A DNA stretch of 64,000 bases from the IMG/VR virus record IMGVR_UViG_3300025128_000026, positions 1,215 through 65,214 of that record; one strand, written 5' to 3'. How positions within the stretch are numbered: position 1 is the first letter of the stretch; each line of letters opens with the position of its first letter. Shown here one piece after another: positions 8,762-18,864 of the stretch. This stretch comes from a virus. Its lineage: Duplodnaviria > Caudoviricetes. The notes beneath the pieces were generated by a model. It was not told the DNA's origin. It saw only the letters and a list, made by a program, of their open reading frames with translations, and ran no database searches. Made by a program: the position numbers and the translations under genes.

Positions 8762-10627
8762 TCACTTTATTTCTCCCCAGTTTTTACCAGACTCATAATC
8801 TACCTTGTTTGGTATTTCTAAGTCAACTGCGTTTTCCATAATATCTTTTATTTTTGCAGCTTCCAAGGGATTTATTACTGATATATCAAGTTCATCATGC
8901 ACCTGTATATGTGGTGTGATGCCTTCTTTGTGTAACTCTAACATAGCTTTTTTAGTCATGTCTGCAGCGGATCCTTGAATTAATTTATTCAAAGCTTTGT
9001 ATGTATAAGCACGCTTGATACCTGGTCCATGTTCCTGGACAGCTTGATCAAATGGTAAAGCTTTGTGCATGCCAAAACTATTTGGTTCCCACAAATGAAA
9101 CCTACATAACCTACCAAGTAAAGTTCTAATCTGTCCACGTTGTTGTGCTCTGTTAGCTACTGAGTTCATTAATTTTTTAACAAATGGAACTCTCTCATGA
9201 TAAATTGTAAATAGTTCTTCTGCTTTATCTTTTGATACACCTAACTCTGCTTGTAGTTTAGCTTTACCCATACCATAAAATAATCCAAGATTAATTGTCT
9301 TAGCAGCACTTCGTGGTATGTCAGCCATCTTAGCAACAATTGTATGAAAGTCTGCGTCACCATCTTCGTAGGAATCTTTAACATTAAAGACGCTTGAGTC
9401 TTGATCAAGGGATGCATAGTGCACTACTAGTCTTGGTTCTTGTTGACTGTAGTCAAAGCATCCCCACTCGCAACCGGATTCAGGTATGAAGAGGGATCTA
9501 ATCATCGGCCCTAAGTCTTTGTTACGAGCAGGAATTTGTTGTAGGTTTGGATTGCTGTATGAAAATCTACCTGTTACTGTACCACCAGTGTCAGATCTAA
9601 TTTGATTTATATCAGCGTGTATCCTACCATTATGTTCGTGTTTAATTATTGTATCTATAAAGGTTGTATGTGCCTTGTTTATCTCTCTTGCTTTTGATAT
9701 ACATTGCACCAAAGGATGTTCATGAGTAGACAAAAAGTTTTTAGTAAATGAAGGCGCTTGTGTTTTTACTGTCCGTTCGTATTCCAGGTTTAATTTATCA
9801 AAGACTTTGGCTATCGACCGCGCTGCCCATATTTGAGTATCTATTCCTGTTTCTGTTTTTACTTTTTGCAGGAGCTCTTTTTCTTGTGATGCTAATTGCT
9901 GCTTCAGTGTATGAGCTTTTTGAACGTCCACTCTCACGCCAAGAAATCGCATATCGACCAGACAAGGAAACAGATCAGTCTCTAAATTAAAAATAGATTC
10001 TAAATCTTGATCTACCATTTCTTTTTGCATAACTTTCCAAAGTGCAAACGTTAGTTCTGCATCGCGTTCAGCATAGTTACCAACATACATTGCAGGTAAT
10101 TTCCACATGTCAGCTTTAGGATCAACACCCCATTCTTTTGCAGCGTTGTTTAATTCTGTTTCATTCTTACCTTGACCACAATAATCCCAACCCAGTGATC
10201 CAAGATCATATCTAAATCTGTTTTCGTTCACTAGTGATGCTGCAATCATAGTGTCAACAATCTGTCCATTGATTTGTATACCCATCGATCTAATCCAACA
10301 CACATCATACATAGCGTTGTGAAAAATTTTTGTAGACTCAGACTTGCAAATATCTGTAAACCATTGAATTACTTTACTTTTTTCAAGGTTACCACCACCC
10401 TCATGATCGAAAGGAAAGTAACCTGCGTAGCCCTCTGTTGCAACTGCAATGCCTACAACTTTACCTTTACCTACTACGGATCCTGATCCCATAGTTTTTA
10501 ATTCTGGATCGTGTGTTTCTAAGTCAATCGCAATCTCATCACAAAATCTTAGATCCGGAAACTCTGTGGGTTTTACCCACTCTGTTTGTGCTTTGAACAC
10601 CGTTTTATTTTTTAGACTCATATACAT
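8762..10627 (-). CDS. polA: DNA polymerase family A (3'-5' exonuclease + polymerase)
   Basis: IAIDLET and FHNAMYD exonuclease motifs; TGRFSYSNPNLQQIP, DYSQQEPR, KTINLGLFYG, IQGSAADM, QVHDEL. True start may be slightly downstream. Confidence 0.97.
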   Translation of the reverse strand: MYMSLKNKTVFKAQTEWVKPTEFPDLRFCDEIAIDLETHDPELKTMGSGSVVGKGKVVGIAVATEGYAGYFPFDHEGGGNLEKSKVIQWFTDICKSESTKIFHNAMYDVCWIRSMGIQINGQIVDTMIAASLVNENRFRYDLGSLGWDYCGQGKNETELNNAAKEWGVDPKADMWKLPAMYVGNYAERDAELTFALWKVMQKEMVDQDLESIFNLETDLFPCLVDMRFLGVRVDVQKAHTLKQQLASQEKELLQKVKTETGIDTQIWAARSIAKVFDKLNLEYERTVKTQAPSFTKNFLSTHEHPLVQCISKAREINKAHTTFIDTIIKHEHNGRIHADINQIRSDTGGTVTGRFSYSNPNLQQIPARNKDLGPMIRSLFIPESGCEWGCFDYSQQEPRLVVHYASLDQDSSVFNVKDSYEDGDADFHTIVAKMADIPRSAAKTINLGLFYGMGKAKLQAELGVSKDKAEELFTIYHERVPFVKKLMNSVANRAQQRGQIRTLLGRLCRFHLWEPNSFGMHKALPFDQAVQEHGPGIKRAYTYKALNKLIQGSAADMTKKAMLELHKEGITPHIQVHDELDISVINPLEAAKIKDIMENAVDLEIPNKVDYESGKNWGEIK

Positions 10628-10793
10628 ATTTTTCTTTTATAATTTTATTTAATTTATCTTTGTTGCTAAACGCATACAAAGCAGCATTATAATCGTGTGG
10701 AAATATTTCCCAATCAACTAAAGAAGGATAGATTTCTATTCTAAACTTGTGTTTATTTATCTTAACTTCTTTTGTTATTGGTTTACTTCGCAT
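10605..10793 (-). CDS. Hypothetical protein
   Basis: Coupled ORF in the replication operon. Confidence 0.55.
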   Translation of the reverse strand: MRSKPITKEVKINKHKFRIEIYPSLVDWEIFPHDYNAALYAFSNKDKLNKIIKEKYVYESKK

Positions 10794-11031
10794 TTTTTGT
10801 GTCTCTCATTTTTTTTAATTCTAATTGGCAATAGTGTATTATTTTTTTAATATCTTCTGCGCCTCCTTTTCTCTGATATCTACAAACATATTTCACAACG
10901 TTTCCTTGAAAGAATGATAAATCATTTTTAGAAATAAACTCATAAGGCTGTATGGGAAACTTAGTGTAGTGATTCCCGCCTACCTGGGTATACTGTGGAA
11001 ACGCTTCGTCTAGTATATTCTTGTCTGTCAT
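10783..11031 (-). CDS. DUF3310-family protein
   Basis: QVGGNHY...FFQGNVVKYVCRY..KGG.EDIKK signature. Confidence 0.8.
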   Translation of the reverse strand: MTDKNILDEAFPQYTQVGGNHYTKFPIQPYEFISKNDLSFFQGNVVKYVCRYQRKGGAEDIKKIIHYCQLELKKMRDTKNAK

Positions 11032-12464
11032 ATTTTAAACTCCTTAGATTTATTTGGGCATCTTATTAAATATAAATTTTTCATAGTTCTTGTTATACCT
11101 ACATACCAAACACGATATTCTTCATCACGTTTTTGTATAGATTTTTTTGCTCCTTTAATTGTATTTGCGGTTTCATTTAAAAGTAAAACAACATTAGTTG
11201 CTTCACCACCTTTAGCTCCGTGTATTGTTGACACTTTTATTCTTGCGTCTTTCGTTGGATCCTCATTGTTAAGTAATAATAACTTCATGTAAGTTATCTG
11301 ACTTTGAGATACATTATCAAATGCATCATACCATTTCAATGAAAGATTCATTGGTCCTTTTATTCTTTCTTTAATTCTTTGTAATTGTATATCAGGTAGT
11401 GTTATTTTTTTCTGTAATTGCGACCAGTATTGTATATCTTCGTACAAAGATTTACCAATACTATTTCCCTGTGCAGATTCAAAAAATAAACCTTTCTTTT
11501 TTAAATAAGTTGGTATTGGTTTTAATAATGATTTAGTTCTAGTTAATATTAACCAATCACCAGTAGACATATCTATGTCTGATAATTTATAAATTTGAAA
11601 AATATTTCCAGGTTCGTCTTTTGGAAAATATTCTTTGTCAAGTCTATTATCTTGCACTCTGTTGATGACATCTAATGCAATTTTCTGTATACTACTTGGC
11701 ACTCTTTTTGAATATTTTAATGGTATCTCTTCTGCCTCCCAGTTAATAAAAGAATCTACATCAGCACCAGCCCAACCAAATATAGCTTGGTCATCATCGC
11801 CTGCAATCCACACATCACACTTGGTATCTTCTTCAATCTTTTTAATCATAGACCATTGTATTAATGATAGGTCTTGTGCTTCATCTACAAATATAACATC
11901 AAATTCAGGAGTCTTACCTTTGTCTAAAAATTTTTGTATCATGTCATTAAAATCAATGAGTCCATATATGTCTTTGTAACTAGTTATTTCTTTATCAATA
12001 GCATCTAACTTATCTCTTTCTATTTTTGATAGATGTTCGTTTAAATCTAGTTGATCCATGACACTTATTTGTTTTACTCTAGCTAAATTAATTAAGCTTA
12101 GATACTCACTGTCTGATGAAAAGATGCCATTCCAATTGTTAGTCTCGTAAGATGCATATTTTATTTGAATACCACATGTCTCACCTATTAATTTGTAGTT
12201 CTCATCTTGCATAACGTTTTCTTCTTTTAGCCCCAACTGATTAAATGCTAATGAGTGAAGTGTTTGAAAGTATTGTATGTCTTTTTTAGTTAGGTCTTTG
12301 TTTTTATCTAGATACCTGTCCCTTGCTTCTCCTGCAGCTTTTCTAGTAAAAGCAAAATAACCTATACGATCTAGAGGCACACCTTTGTTTACATACTTTT
12401 GTACCTCGTTTAATAAACGTCTAGTCTTACCCGTGCCTGGTGGTCCTACAACTTTGTATCTCAT
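11028..12464 (-). CDS. UvrD/Rep-like SF1 helicase
   Basis: GPPGTGKT, VDEAQD, GDDDQAIFGW, STIHGAKGGE, YVGITR. Confidence 0.95.
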   Translation of the reverse strand: MRYKVVGPPGTGKTRRLLNEVQKYVNKGVPLDRIGYFAFTRKAAGEARDRYLDKNKDLTKKDIQYFQTLHSLAFNQLGLKEENVMQDENYKLIGETCGIQIKYASYETNNWNGIFSSDSEYLSLINLARVKQISVMDQLDLNEHLSKIERDKLDAIDKEITSYKDIYGLIDFNDMIQKFLDKGKTPEFDVIFVDEAQDLSLIQWSMIKKIEEDTKCDVWIAGDDDQAIFGWAGADVDSFINWEAEEIPLKYSKRVPSSIQKIALDVINRVQDNRLDKEYFPKDEPGNIFQIYKLSDIDMSTGDWLILTRTKSLLKPIPTYLKKKGLFFESAQGNSIGKSLYEDIQYWSQLQKKITLPDIQLQRIKERIKGPMNLSLKWYDAFDNVSQSQITYMKLLLLNNEDPTKDARIKVSTIHGAKGGEATNVVLLLNETANTIKGAKKSIQKRDEEYRVWYVGITRTMKNLYLIRCPNKSKEFKI

Positions 12465-14032
12465 TAGTAGTTACTTTCTTTTCTCTCTACAGGTTTGTAT
12501 TCTATTTTATCTATGTGCATTTGTTTTAGTCTGCATACCTTTAGTGTTTTGCCATCTACGTTTAGTGAGTGATTAAACTCTACACCACATTTGTCTTTCA
12601 TTTTTTGTGCTATTCTTTCTTCTGGTATTTTCCAACTAGATCCTAGATGGTCTATGAAAGAATTAAATCTAAAGTAGTGATGACCTTCTTCCGTCAAACA
12701 TGATCCACTATTTATCTGCACTCTCTTTTGAGCTCTTGGTCCATTAACACAGTATTGATACAACTCTTCTTTTAATCTATCTCCTATCTGTGTGCCTGCA
12801 GGCGGTTCTATCTTTGTAGAATTTTTTCTAAGTTCTGTAAGCTTTGCTCTAAAATCTTTTGGTTTCAATGGTTCGTGATAGATACCTGTTTGCTCCCATA
12901 TCAAATCCAAAAGTTCCGTTTGTTTAGTAATTAATCTTCTATGACTCGCAACCACACCTGCCTTGTTACCATCAGGTAGTTCTACATTAAAATGATACTC
13001 AGGTTCTGCATACATAATTATTTGAAAGTCTGATATCTCAGGAAACATTGTAATGCTATCTGACTTAACACCAAAAGGTCTACTATAACAAAGTGTACGC
13101 ATACACTTACTGTGTATTGGATCTTCATAACAAGTGTGACCTGCAGTATCTTTCTTCCATGCAGCTATCTTAGAATCTAATTTTGATTTATCCCAAGGAG
13201 ACTCTAGATAATTATAGTTTGCATTTGAAACAAAGTCAGGCCATTTATCTTTGTATTTCTTTTTAGCAAAGACCATATAATTGTACATAAATCGATCTCT
13301 GCCATCATCTAATTTTTTCTTAGAACACAAAGCCAGACATGGTGGACCATCATCAAACTCAGGATTAGTTCCAAGTAATACGTTCTTGTATGTTTCTTCT
13401 ACAAGTCTATCTAAATCTGATTTATTAATTTTATTTTCGTTAGCAAATTTTACAAATTGTTCTAGGTCTAATGGATTATTATTTTTATCTACTGCATATC
13501 TTTTTGTGCTGCCATTGTTGTAGTAAGGTAAGTTTATAAAGTTACCTGGTTTTATGTCCCCTTTGTCATCTTCCTTTAATTCTTTCTGCTTTGGAAAAAT
13601 TTCTGTCTGTGGATCTAATCCCAGAGGCATTAAAAAAGATTTCAATGCTGAGATTAAATCTACAGCTGGTATTGGTTCCTCTGAGAACAAATAACAATGC
13701 AGACCTCCACTTTTTGAGAGTATGGGTATTAATGGTAACTTGTATTGTTGAAACAAAGCAAGATAATGTTCAACATTAAAATTAGAATAATCTTTTGCGT
13801 CAATATCTATACAACCAAACTGAACTGTTTTGTCTAGTCTACATGGTTGTATACCAATAGATATCTTACCTTCTATGTGATCTTTATAATCACCTTGTGT
13901 TATGGGTCTTCCTGCCCATTCATAATTAGGTTTGAGCTTGTTTTTCTCTGCATCCATCTCAGCAGAGGACATATCAGCAATACCAAAATCACCTTGGTAT
14001 CCAGTAAATAATTTTATAAATTCATCAAACAT
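12464..14032 (-). CDS. Primase, AEP/PrimPol-like
   Basis: GCIDID, SKSGGLHCYLF and GNFINLPY motifs, plus a PPC Cys-containing region. Confidence 0.75.
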   Translation of the reverse strand: MFDEFIKLFTGYQGDFGIADMSSAEMDAEKNKLKPNYEWAGRPITQGDYKDHIEGKISIGIQPCRLDKTVQFGCIDIDAKDYSNFNVEHYLALFQQYKLPLIPILSKSGGLHCYLFSEEPIPAVDLISALKSFLMPLGLDPQTEIFPKQKELKEDDKGDIKPGNFINLPYYNNGSTKRYAVDKNNNPLDLEQFVKFANENKINKSDLDRLVEETYKNVLLGTNPEFDDGPPCLALCSKKKLDDGRDRFMYNYMVFAKKKYKDKWPDFVSNANYNYLESPWDKSKLDSKIAAWKKDTAGHTCYEDPIHSKCMRTLCYSRPFGVKSDSITMFPEISDFQIIMYAEPEYHFNVELPDGNKAGVVASHRRLITKQTELLDLIWEQTGIYHEPLKPKDFRAKLTELRKNSTKIEPPAGTQIGDRLKEELYQYCVNGPRAQKRVQINSGSCLTEEGHHYFRFNSFIDHLGSSWKIPEERIAQKMKDKCGVEFNHSLNVDGKTLKVCRLKQMHIDKIEYKPVERKESNY

Positions 14033-14046
14033 ACAGATCCCGGGTC

Positions 14047-14076
14047 GGAGCGGCTCCAGTCTCCCTTTACCGCTCC
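14047..14076 (-). promoter_or_regulatory. Intergenic GC-rich hairpin directly upstream of the primase
   Basis: GGAGCGG...CCGCTCC stem with a purine-rich interior (TAAAGGGAGACTGGAG). Confidence 0.5.
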
Positions 14077-14095
14077 TATCTTTCTCACGAAAGAA

Positions 14096-14854
14096 TTAGT
14101 AGTTAGATTCCTCTTGACCAGTAGCAGCTTGTTGCTGACTACCTTTTATAGAGTTATGAAAATCCCTAGCCATTTGGTAAAGCGATGCGTTATCTACTTT
14201 TCTAAGTAGGTTCACATTAAAAGTATGCCAAGTAAAACTACCGCTCTGCTCAACAGAGTTTAGTTTGTAAACTCTAGAAAACATTGGAGCTGGCACAGCT
14301 TTGCCTGTCTTTGGATCATTCTCAAACTGATCTTCCATCAAAGAGTTCCATTGTCTACTAGTCTTAAGACCAGTTGACTTCATAGTTAACAAAGCCTTTT
14401 CAGGTTTGTCCCCATTGATGATAACAAAGTAGTTTGCTGTTTTGATAATCTGATTACCATTAGCTAACATATCTTTGTTCTGTTCGTTTTGAGTTACTTG
14501 ACCCATGATGTCAGGTCCTCTGTCATTGTGCACAGGTCTGCCTTCTCTTTTTTCAAAGGGAGCCCACTCAGGATATGTCATCTTGTAGAATACAGGAATA
14601 ACATCTATTCCTTTTTCTCCATTGTACAGTTTTTTAGTAACTGTATTATAAAACATACCTGCTTCTGCACCTTCAACATACTTTGCATGTTTCTTTTTAG
14701 TTTCATCTGATCCTGATTGTAACAGTTTCAGAAAGGGTAATGCAAGATCAGTCTTTTCAATTGTCTCAAGACCCATCCCTGAATCTGATACAAAATCAAT
14801 TGTTGCTAATGCACCACCTTGTTTGTTTGCTACGTCTCTTGTTTCTTCATTCAT
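14096..14854 (-). CDS. Putative ssDNA-binding or replication accessory protein
   Basis: Position in the replication module; LPFLKLLQ motif; acidic/aromatic C-terminal tail (EESNY). Confidence 0.55.
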   Translation of the reverse strand: MNEETRDVANKQGGALATIDFVSDSGMGLETIEKTDLALPFLKLLQSGSDETKKKHAKYVEGAEAGMFYNTVTKKLYNGEKGIDVIPVFYKMTYPEWAPFEKREGRPVHNDRGPDIMGQVTQNEQNKDMLANGNQIIKTANYFVIINGDKPEKALLTMKSTGLKTSRQWNSLMEDQFENDPKTGKAVPAPMFSRVYKLNSVEQSGSFTWHTFNVNLLRKVDNASLYQMARDFHNSIKGSQQQAATGQEESNY

Positions 14855-14855
14855 G

Positions 14856-15419
14856 TTATTTACTCCTTGTTATTTTTGTTTTGTTTCCTTTAAACAGATT
14901 AAAATGTTCAGATGGCAAGTCTTGTTTCCCTTCGACTCGTTCTCTGTACAATGCTTTGAGAGTCATGGGTTCTACCTTCAATTTTTGTTGGGGCTGATAC
15001 CCATTACTCTCGGCAAGGTTAGCGTATTCACGCGCCTTGTTATCTTCGTTTCGACCAAAGGAAACAGTGATTTCATTTTTAATCAAATCACCCAGGTCGT
15101 TATTTCGAAGCCAGTTAAATGCGCCCTCTCTTTTATCTACAGGTATTGTGGCGCTGTAAATTTCTTTTACTTCAATTGCTGAACCATCGTGTAACTTCAT
15201 GGTTTTAAGTTTCATAGATTCCATTATCTCTGGAATAACTTGTTCAGATATTTTATCTGCAGCTTCTTTCTTTTGTTTTAATTTTTCTTCATCTGCTTTT
15301 ATTTCGTCTTCTAATTTTTGCAGTTGAATAACATAACTAGATAATGACTCTACATTATTTAGTTCATTAACTTGTTGAGGTGCATCCTCAACAAACATTT
15401 GTTGTAAGTCTTCACTCAT
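14856..15419 (-). CDS. Conserved phage replication-module protein
   Basis: N-terminal coiled coil; AFNWLR..GDLIKN, VEPMTLKA. Confidence 0.7.
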   Translation of the reverse strand: MSEDLQQMFVEDAPQQVNELNNVESLSSYVIQLQKLEDEIKADEEKLKQKKEAADKISEQVIPEIMESMKLKTMKLHDGSAIEVKEIYSATIPVDKREGAFNWLRNNDLGDLIKNEITVSFGRNEDNKAREYANLAESNGYQPQQKLKVEPMTLKALYRERVEGKQDLPSEHFNLFKGNKTKITRSK

Positions 15420-15768
15420 CTATCTTTCCTCTTTCATATAAGTTTATTTCTATTGGGTAGTATTGTCTTTCTTGTTTGTCCCATTTTAACAAATTGTATT
15501 TACCATTAGTCATATCAGAAACAATAGAACAGGCAACACCTATTATTGCAGGATCTCCAGTTAATAATAAATAATCATCTGTTGTAAAATCTTTTAACAG
15601 TTTTCTTAATTTAAATATTAGAGGTCCTGGTGAAAAAATAATTTGCGATAACTCAGGTAATAAAAATTTAAGCTCACCGTATTTTGATGCGCCCATAATA
15701 TTTATTTTAGGGTTACCGGTTTGGGTACCAGGTATTTCCTGGATTACATAAACAGTATTATCTTTCAT
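15412..15768 (-). CDS. Hypothetical protein (probable start MKDNTVYVIQE)
   Basis: DYLLLTGDP motif; start moved downstream of the promoter. Confidence 0.7.
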   Translation of the reverse strand: MKDNTVYVIQEIPGTQTGNPKINIMGASKYGELKFLLPELSQIIFSPGPLIFKLRKLLKDFTTDDYLLLTGDPAIIGVACSIVSDMTNGKYNLLKWDKQERQYYPIEINLYERGKIDE

Positions 15769-15771
15769 GGC

Positions 15772-15804
15772 TTGACATATAGTTTGTTTTTGATAAAGTG
15801 TCAA
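15772..15804. promoter_or_regulatory. Overlapping divergent sigma70-type promoters
   Basis: TTGACA...TGTCAA spanning 33 bp; on the minus strand TTGACA-N17-TATATG. Confidence 0.65.
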
Positions 15805-15822
15805 CTAGAAAGAAGAAAAACT

Positions 15823-17253
15823 ATGAACTATAAATTTAAGACTAAGCCATACGCGCATCAACTCAAAGCATTAGAAATGTCTTGGGATAAAAAAGCATTT
15901 GCATATTTTATGGAAATGGGAACAGGTAAATCTAAAGTATTAATTGATAACATATCAATGCTTTACGACAAAGGTAAGATCAACGGTGCCTTAATTGTTG
16001 CACCAAAAGGTGTATATAAAAACTGGTATAGTGCAGAGATACCCACACATATGCCTGACCATATTGAAAAGAAGGCTGTATTGTGGCAAGCAATGATTAA
16101 CAAAAAACAACAACAAATTCTTGATACTTTATTTAAACCAGAAACAGATCTACATATTTTAATTATGAATGTAGAGGCACTGTCTACTAAAAAAGGTGTA
16201 GACTTTGCAGCTAAATTTTTAAACTCACATGATTGTTTGATGGCTATTGATGAGTCTACAACAATCAAAAACCCAGATGCTAAACGTACAAAAAATATTG
16301 TAGGTCTGGGTGAGAAAGTTAAATTTAAAAGAATACTTACAGGTTCACCAGTTACAAAGTCACCACTAGACTTATATAAACAATGTGAGTTCCTTGACAC
16401 TTGGCTCTTGGACCATGCTTCTTATTACACGTTTAGAACTAGATACGCAGTGATGAAGACAGCACACTTTGGTGGTAGATCTGTGCAGATAGTAGCTGGA
16501 TACAAAAATCTTGCAGAGTTGTCTGACAAACTAAAACCATTTTCTTATCGTGTATTAAAAGATGATTGTCTAGATCTACCAAAGAAAACATTTATGAAAC
16601 GTATTGTAAACCTGACACCAGATCAGTTTAAAGTATACGAGCAGATGAAAAAACAGGCACTTGCAATATTAAATGGCAAGATGATTACTACTGCAAATGC
16701 ATTGACACAGTTGATGCGATTACAACAGATTACATGTGGTCACTTCAAAGCAGACGATGGCACAACACAAGAATTAAAAAGTAATAGACTCGATGAACTA
16801 ATCAATGTGTTAGGTGAGATAGAAGGTAAGGTTGTTATCTGGGCCCACTGGCAGAGTGATGTTAGACAGATTATAAAAGCAATCGTTGAAGAGTTTGGTC
16901 CAGATTCTTTTGTAGACTACTATGGTTTAACACCACAAGAAGATAGACAAAAAAATATTAAACGTTTTCAAGACGATGATAAGTGTAGATTCTTCATAGG
17001 CACACCACAAACAGGTGGTTATGGTATTACATTGACTGCAGCTAGTAATATGATTTACTATTCTAACGGTTATGATTTAGAGAAACGTCAACAATCAGAA
17101 GCTAGAATAGATCGTATCGGTCAAGAAAAACCCATGACATATATTGATATTATCTGTGAAGATACAGTTGATGAAAGAATTGTAAAAGCTTTACGTAAGA
17201 AAGTTAATATTGCAAGTAAGGTTATGGGCGAAGAACTAAAAGCTTGGATCTAG
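15823..17253 (+). CDS. SNF2-family (SF2) helicase
   Basis: MEMGTGKS, IDES, LTGSP, GGYGITLT, QSEARIDRIGQ; start at MNYKFK after AGAAAG. Confidence 0.93.
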   Translation: MNYKFKTKPYAHQLKALEMSWDKKAFAYFMEMGTGKSKVLIDNISMLYDKGKINGALIVAPKGVYKNWYSAEIPTHMPDHIEKKAVLWQAMINKKQQQILDTLFKPETDLHILIMNVEALSTKKGVDFAAKFLNSHDCLMAIDESTTIKNPDAKRTKNIVGLGEKVKFKRILTGSPVTKSPLDLYKQCEFLDTWLLDHASYYTFRTRYAVMKTAHFGGRSVQIVAGYKNLAELSDKLKPFSYRVLKDDCLDLPKKTFMKRIVNLTPDQFKVYEQMKKQALAILNGKMITTANALTQLMRLQQITCGHFKADDGTTQELKSNRLDELINVLGEIEGKVVIWAHWQSDVRQIIKAIVEEFGPDSFVDYYGLTPQEDRQKNIKRFQDDDKCRFFIGTPQTGGYGITLTAASNMIYYSNGYDLEKRQQSEARIDRIGQEKPMTYIDIICEDTVDERIVKALRKKVNIASKVMGEELKAWI

Positions 17254-17426
17254 AGAACTTTATCTAACAAACTAATTATTACAAAAGCTGCTGTACCAAT
17301 CAGTAGTCTTTCTATTCTAACAATTTGTAATTTTAATTCTTTAATTTGTTCAAAAGTTTGCCTTTGCATTATTCTGCAAAGTTTTTCATGATCTTCTATT
17401 TTTTGTAATGCTGATTTTCTAGCCAT
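17250..17426 (-). CDS. Small C-terminally membrane-anchored protein
   Basis: MARKSALQKIEDHEKLC...IERLLIGTAAFVIISLL. Confidence 0.6.
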   Translation of the reverse strand: MARKSALQKIEDHEKLCRIMQRQTFEQIKELKLQIVRIERLLIGTAAFVIISLLDKVL

Positions 17427-18862
17427 TATAGTAGATCTACGATCCCTCCGTCGCCGTAAGGTTTTCTTTGAACTAAACCACCATCTTTCCAACCCCAACC
17501 AGACATACCACCTCCACCGCCAGGTCTTGCTCCTCCAGATCTTGCTTGTCGTGATCCACCTCCGGCTTTTGCTGCAGAAGATCCACCACCGCCATAACTA
17601 GCACCGCCACCCTGACTCGGTGGTCCTCCACCGCCTCCACCCTGACTTGGTGGTCCACCTGTTGATACATTACTGTAATCAGGTTTTGAAGTAGTTACTG
17701 CTCCTGTATCACCTCTACCAGAAGATGGTGTGTAAGTTGCAGCATCATCATAGTCTTGAATGGATTTGTCCATACCTTCACTTAATCCGACAGCTCCTGA
17801 AGCGCCAAATCCTGCAGCTGCTAAATCTTTTTGTATTTTTTCTCTTTTCTTCTCTCTTTTGTCATAATCCAACATTGTTTTTTCTTTTTCTTTTTCATCA
17901 ACTTCTTTTTGAGTATCCTCTAAAAGTTTAGTAAATATATTTTTTTCAAAACCATCTATTGCTGTTATCAATTCATCATAACGTTTTTTACTAAGTTTTC
18001 CGTCGTCAAGATTTTTCTTTAAGTTAGCTTTTCTATCATCAATTGTTTTTTGAGACATATTCTGTAAATTATAACCTTGGAATATATTAATTCCTGATGG
18101 ATCAGAGTAATCTAATGCACCAAATTTACCGGTATCTGATCTAGTGCCAAAATTTTGAAATGCTATTCTACCTATATCATCCACAGCAAGACCTTGATCT
18201 AAAGCTCTTCGTTCTAAAATCGATCTTCTATTTACAGGCATAGCTTCTTTAAGAAAATCTATACCAGTTTTAGCCATTGCTGACACAGGATTATAAACTG
18301 CTGCTGCAACTTTAAATAAAGGATTTTCTAATATATTTTGTCTGACACTTGCTAAAAAACCTATGTCTTCTTCATCGTCTCCAACTCCTGTTATAAAAGC
18401 TCTATCATCATAACTTTTTCCTGTCTCATCATATACAAACTCTCTTCCAGGTCCACTTTGAACTATACCTCCTGGCGCTCCTCCTATGTAATTAGGATTG
18501 GGGTTTTCTTTAGTGCCATAAAAGAATTCACCAGCGTCAGCTCTGTTTTGTAAATATCTTTGATCTGCTTCTGACATAAATCTTATGTCCGTTGTAGGTA
18601 ACTCAGAAAATTTTGTGCCTTCCATCGTAGTTCCTCCTACTGGATCAAATGGATTAAATACTGATCCTGTTGGTTGTTTAATTCTGCTTAAATCAACCCC
18701 CATGGCATTAATCGCTTCATTGCCACGACCACTACCTCCAGCTCCTGGAAATGGATCTGTTGTTACTGGACCATCATCGCTTTGATCACCGCCACCTAAA
18801 TAGTATTGGTACAGATCAAACAGTCCGCCTCTTTGTCCTAATCTAACTCCTGGGTATTCCAT
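17426..18862 (-). CDS. Putative internal virion (ejection) protein
   Basis: Gly-rich C-terminus ending KDGGLV..GDGGIVDLL; lies in the ejection-protein cluster. Confidence 0.6.
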   Translation of the reverse strand: MEYPGVRLGQRGGLFDLYQYYLGGGDQSDDGPVTTDPFPGAGGSGRGNEAINAMGVDLSRIKQPTGSVFNPFDPVGGTTMEGTKFSELPTTDIRFMSEADQRYLQNRADAGEFFYGTKENPNPNYIGGAPGGIVQSGPGREFVYDETGKSYDDRAFITGVGDDEEDIGFLASVRQNILENPLFKVAAAVYNPVSAMAKTGIDFLKEAMPVNRRSILERRALDQGLAVDDIGRIAFQNFGTRSDTGKFGALDYSDPSGINIFQGYNLQNMSQKTIDDRKANLKKNLDDGKLSKKRYDELITAIDGFEKNIFTKLLEDTQKEVDEKEKEKTMLDYDKREKKREKIQKDLAAAGFGASGAVGLSEGMDKSIQDYDDAATYTPSSGRGDTGAVTTSKPDYSNVSTGGPPSQGGGGGGPPSQGGGASYGGGGSSAAKAGGGSRQARSGGARPGGGGGMSGWGWKDGGLVQRKPYGDGGIVDLL

Positions 18863-18864
18863 AA

